Assembly: GCA_030017615.1 (NCBI GenBank)
Contig: JASEIG010000003.1
Location: forward strand, 1-60,772
DNA: 60,772 nucleotides
Direction of reading: 5' to 3'
Source of the DNA: Patescibacteria group bacterium
GTDB lineage: Bacteria; Patescibacteriota; Minisyncoccia; UBA6257; UBA9933
Positions 60,744 to 60,772 of this stretch are shown one piece after another. The position numbers and the translations under genes are program-made. The notes under the pieces are model-generated. The model was not told where the DNA came from. It did not search any database and worked only from the letters and a program-made list of their open reading frames with translations. The first letter of the stretch is position 1. The number at the start of each line of letters is the position of its first letter.

Positions 60744-60772
60744 TAATCTATTTTTAACTATTTAAAATTAAG

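Noticed and set aside
1-60772. tRNA, rRNA or tmRNA genes
   Set aside because: I found no T-loop-type GGTTCGAATCC-like sequence with matching acceptor stems in any intergenic region, including upstream of tuf where tRNA genes often sit. A tRNAscan-SE/Infernal run is still needed to be sure.
1-60772. Alternative genetic code (UGA as a sense codon, as in some CPR lineages)
   Set aside because: Conserved genes read through to their normal lengths with the standard code, and TGA is used as a terminator (e.g. recO at 24370-24372).

Overview
AT-rich, gene-dense 60.8 kb chromosomal segment. Its gene content looks like a reduced-genome CPR/Patescibacteria (Parcubacteria-like) bacterium using the standard code (TGA acts as a stop). 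That placement is my inference from gene content: compact housekeeping genes, a split transketolase half, a polA without a proofreading domain, an rpoA without an alpha-CTD, a hinge-less SMC, and large TM-anchored surface proteins.

Most of the window is core machinery:
- Translation and tRNA: metG, gatCA, trmD, rpsO, rpsT, glyQS, frr, rpsP, rpmF, then infA-rpmJ-rpsM-rpsK-rpsD-rpoA-rplQ and tuf-rpsJ.
- RNA and DNA metabolism: pnp, ruvA, recO, holA/holB-like, smc-like, rnc, nusB, ruvB, polA.
- Other: murE-like, rseP, pilB, yidC-jag, eno, gpmI.

The clearly accessory part is the left edge (129-5487). It is one tightly packed minus-strand operon: XRE/C-protein, PD-(D/E)xK restriction endonuclease candidate, C5-MTase, Vsr, a second C5-MTase, and a GHKL/MORC-like ATPase fused to a Ymh-type HEPN domain (RNSVNH). 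I rate this ATPase-HEPN gene embedded in an R-M operon as the best candidate for an undescribed defence module, possibly working like PrrC as a backup to restriction.

The window also carries a large amount of non-coding structure that gene annotation does not explain:
1. A GC-rich structured repeat family: three clear plus-strand copies, plus two partial copies that bracket the R-M island.
2. An NYN-domain RNase gene enclosed by a 42-bp near-perfect inverted repeat, sitting exactly between rpsO and pnp.
3. A dispersed ATTCGTATAT palindromic motif in the leaders of rnc, pnp and rpsK.
4. Spacers and hairpins with 7-nt periodicity between the ribosomal-protein genes. Relatives of these sit in frame inside pnp, a PGM fragment, eno, tatD and the trmD 3' end.
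5. Two copies of a ~140-nt element with terminal inverted repeats.
6. A promoter plus 23-bp closing stem plus U-tract sRNA candidate in a 614-bp intergenic region.

All coordinates of non-ORF features were counted by hand and may be off by 1-2 nt. No database searches or folding calculations were run.
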